NCBI GenBank assembly: GCA_043228905.1
Contig: JBHGNT010000002.1
Span: forward strand, 14,942,001-15,006,000
Origin: Azolla caroliniana
Lineage: Eukaryota > Plantae > Polypodiophyta
Direction: 5' to 3'
Length of the DNA stretch: 64,000 bases
The number at the start of each line of letters is the position of its first letter. Positions within the stretch are counted from its first letter, which is position 1. The position numbers and the translations under genes are program-made. The notes under the pieces are model-generated. The model did not search any database and was not told where the DNA came from. It worked only from the letters and a program-made list of their open reading frames with translations. This document shows, in pieces, positions 62,801-64,000 of the stretch.

Positions 62801-64000
62801 TCCTTCTCCAGAGCTTCATGTGCTTGCCATAATTCTCTGATAGCTTCCTGATCCGGTTCCTCGATGGCGTCGTCTGATTGCATTCTATATGGTGGCACTG
62901 CTTCCGCCAGATCGATTTCAAATAGGGGTACAATTTTTGGGTTTTCTTCTAAGTACTAGTCGACCTCTTCGTCCGCAAGCCCCTCGAGCATGTTTACACT
63001 TTCCGCATATAGCGGTGTCAGCTCCTTGGCGGTACTGGCTTGAGGGTGGGTAGGTACCTTTGTTTTTGTCTTCCCTCGTCGAAAGGTAATCATGTTTTTC
63101 CGCTAGTTTTGTTTGATATGCGCCGTTTTTAGCCATGGGCGGCCCAGTAACAGTGGGTAAGCCCCTTGCTCATTGAGCTGGAGAACCACTGCCGAAATGC
63201 GGAATGCGTGACCTCTGATAGTTACATCTAGATCCCGTATCAAACTGGTAGGTCTTACCACACTTGTATCCACCATTCGGAGCCAAAACGGGCAAGGCTC
63301 CCAGTCCTGTATTCCAAGGGTATTACAAGTCCGTAAACTGATCATGTTCACGCCTGATCCTCCGTCCACAATCGTCCTTTGATGATAACGGTGATTTTCG
63401 GACTGTTCGTGTCTACCAATGCTGGCCCTTCTTCCAAATTTGAGAAGAACGTAGGAGCCGGCAACGGAATTGATGTGGTCATTCCTGATGTCAGCCCTTC
63501 CATAAATCAGGGCACTAGCTGTAATAACCAACCGAATGGCAGCGTAATCTGACATTCTTGTAACGCTTGCCATGTTGGGTTTTCCGGCTGAATCATGTCG
63601 GTGGCCCATTCCGGTTTCTCCTTTTGTTGTTCAAGCTAAGCCACATTGTGCTCATTTGTCTTCTTCACCCACTCGGTGGCTTGCTTTCGGATTGCCTCCT
63701 GTGTTTCCCACTCCGTTGTTTTGCCTTTTGCCCTGGTGGTGACTTGTTGTATATCAGCAACTTCTGCTACCACCATATTTACGGTTGGTCTTTTCTCGTA
63801 GCTTTTAACCGGACACTGATTATTGTAATGTCCTTGCAGGCAATAGTAGTAGTATGCCTTCCGGGTGTTGCTAGATTCGGCGTTCGCTCCGGTACCCGGT
63901 TGAGGTCCTATTGGTGGTCGGTTAGGTGCTTGGCCCGGTTGGGTACTTGGCGTGCCCTTGTCTGGCTGCCATTGGCGGTCCTCCTTTCTAGCATTCCATT
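57533..64000 (-). mobile_element. Ty3/gypsy G3 (Athila/Tat-like), degenerate, runs off the right edge
   Basis: Gag knuckle (~63830), PR IVDGGSGVN, RT FLDGFSGYNQI/FLDD (61756-62757), RH VDASD, INT DYCTKWVEA, then an extra 3' ORF. Confidence 0.9.

Overview
This is eukaryotic DNA, almost certainly a methylated land-plant genome. The TE lineages suggest a seed-free plant such as a fern, lycophyte or moss (inference). The window is a pile of nested transposons with no ordinary host gene. It holds five Ty1/copia pieces, four Ty3/gypsy elements, a solo LTR, two LINEs and two large Sola-like DDD DNA transposons that each carry a spliced cargo gene. Main finding: the Sola-like element at ~36.7-57.5 kb has a near-intact 890-codon transposase head-to-head with a hidden six-exon gene. 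That gene is split by a 13.6-kb Gypsy/Copia nest. Removing the nest and splicing by hand gives a 2904-nt frame (967 aa) that fuses a ParB/Srx-like domain to a bacterial/phage-type beta-class N6A/N4C DNA methyltransferase (motifs DIPY, W-x-K, NPYKKP, VLDLFSGTGTT), with a palindrome array in intron 1. The second element (10364-22958; GGG termini, AAAC TSD) is complete, carries a RING + FCP1/HAD-like cargo gene and has introns made of palindromic satellite. Also seen: a TSD-supported inversion, 4-bp CCGT targeting and a post-protease -1 frameshift signal in one Gypsy lineage, tRNA-like A/B-box modules in LTRs, and a heat-shock-element array in an LTR. All calls are by eye; family names come from remembered motifs, not database searches.
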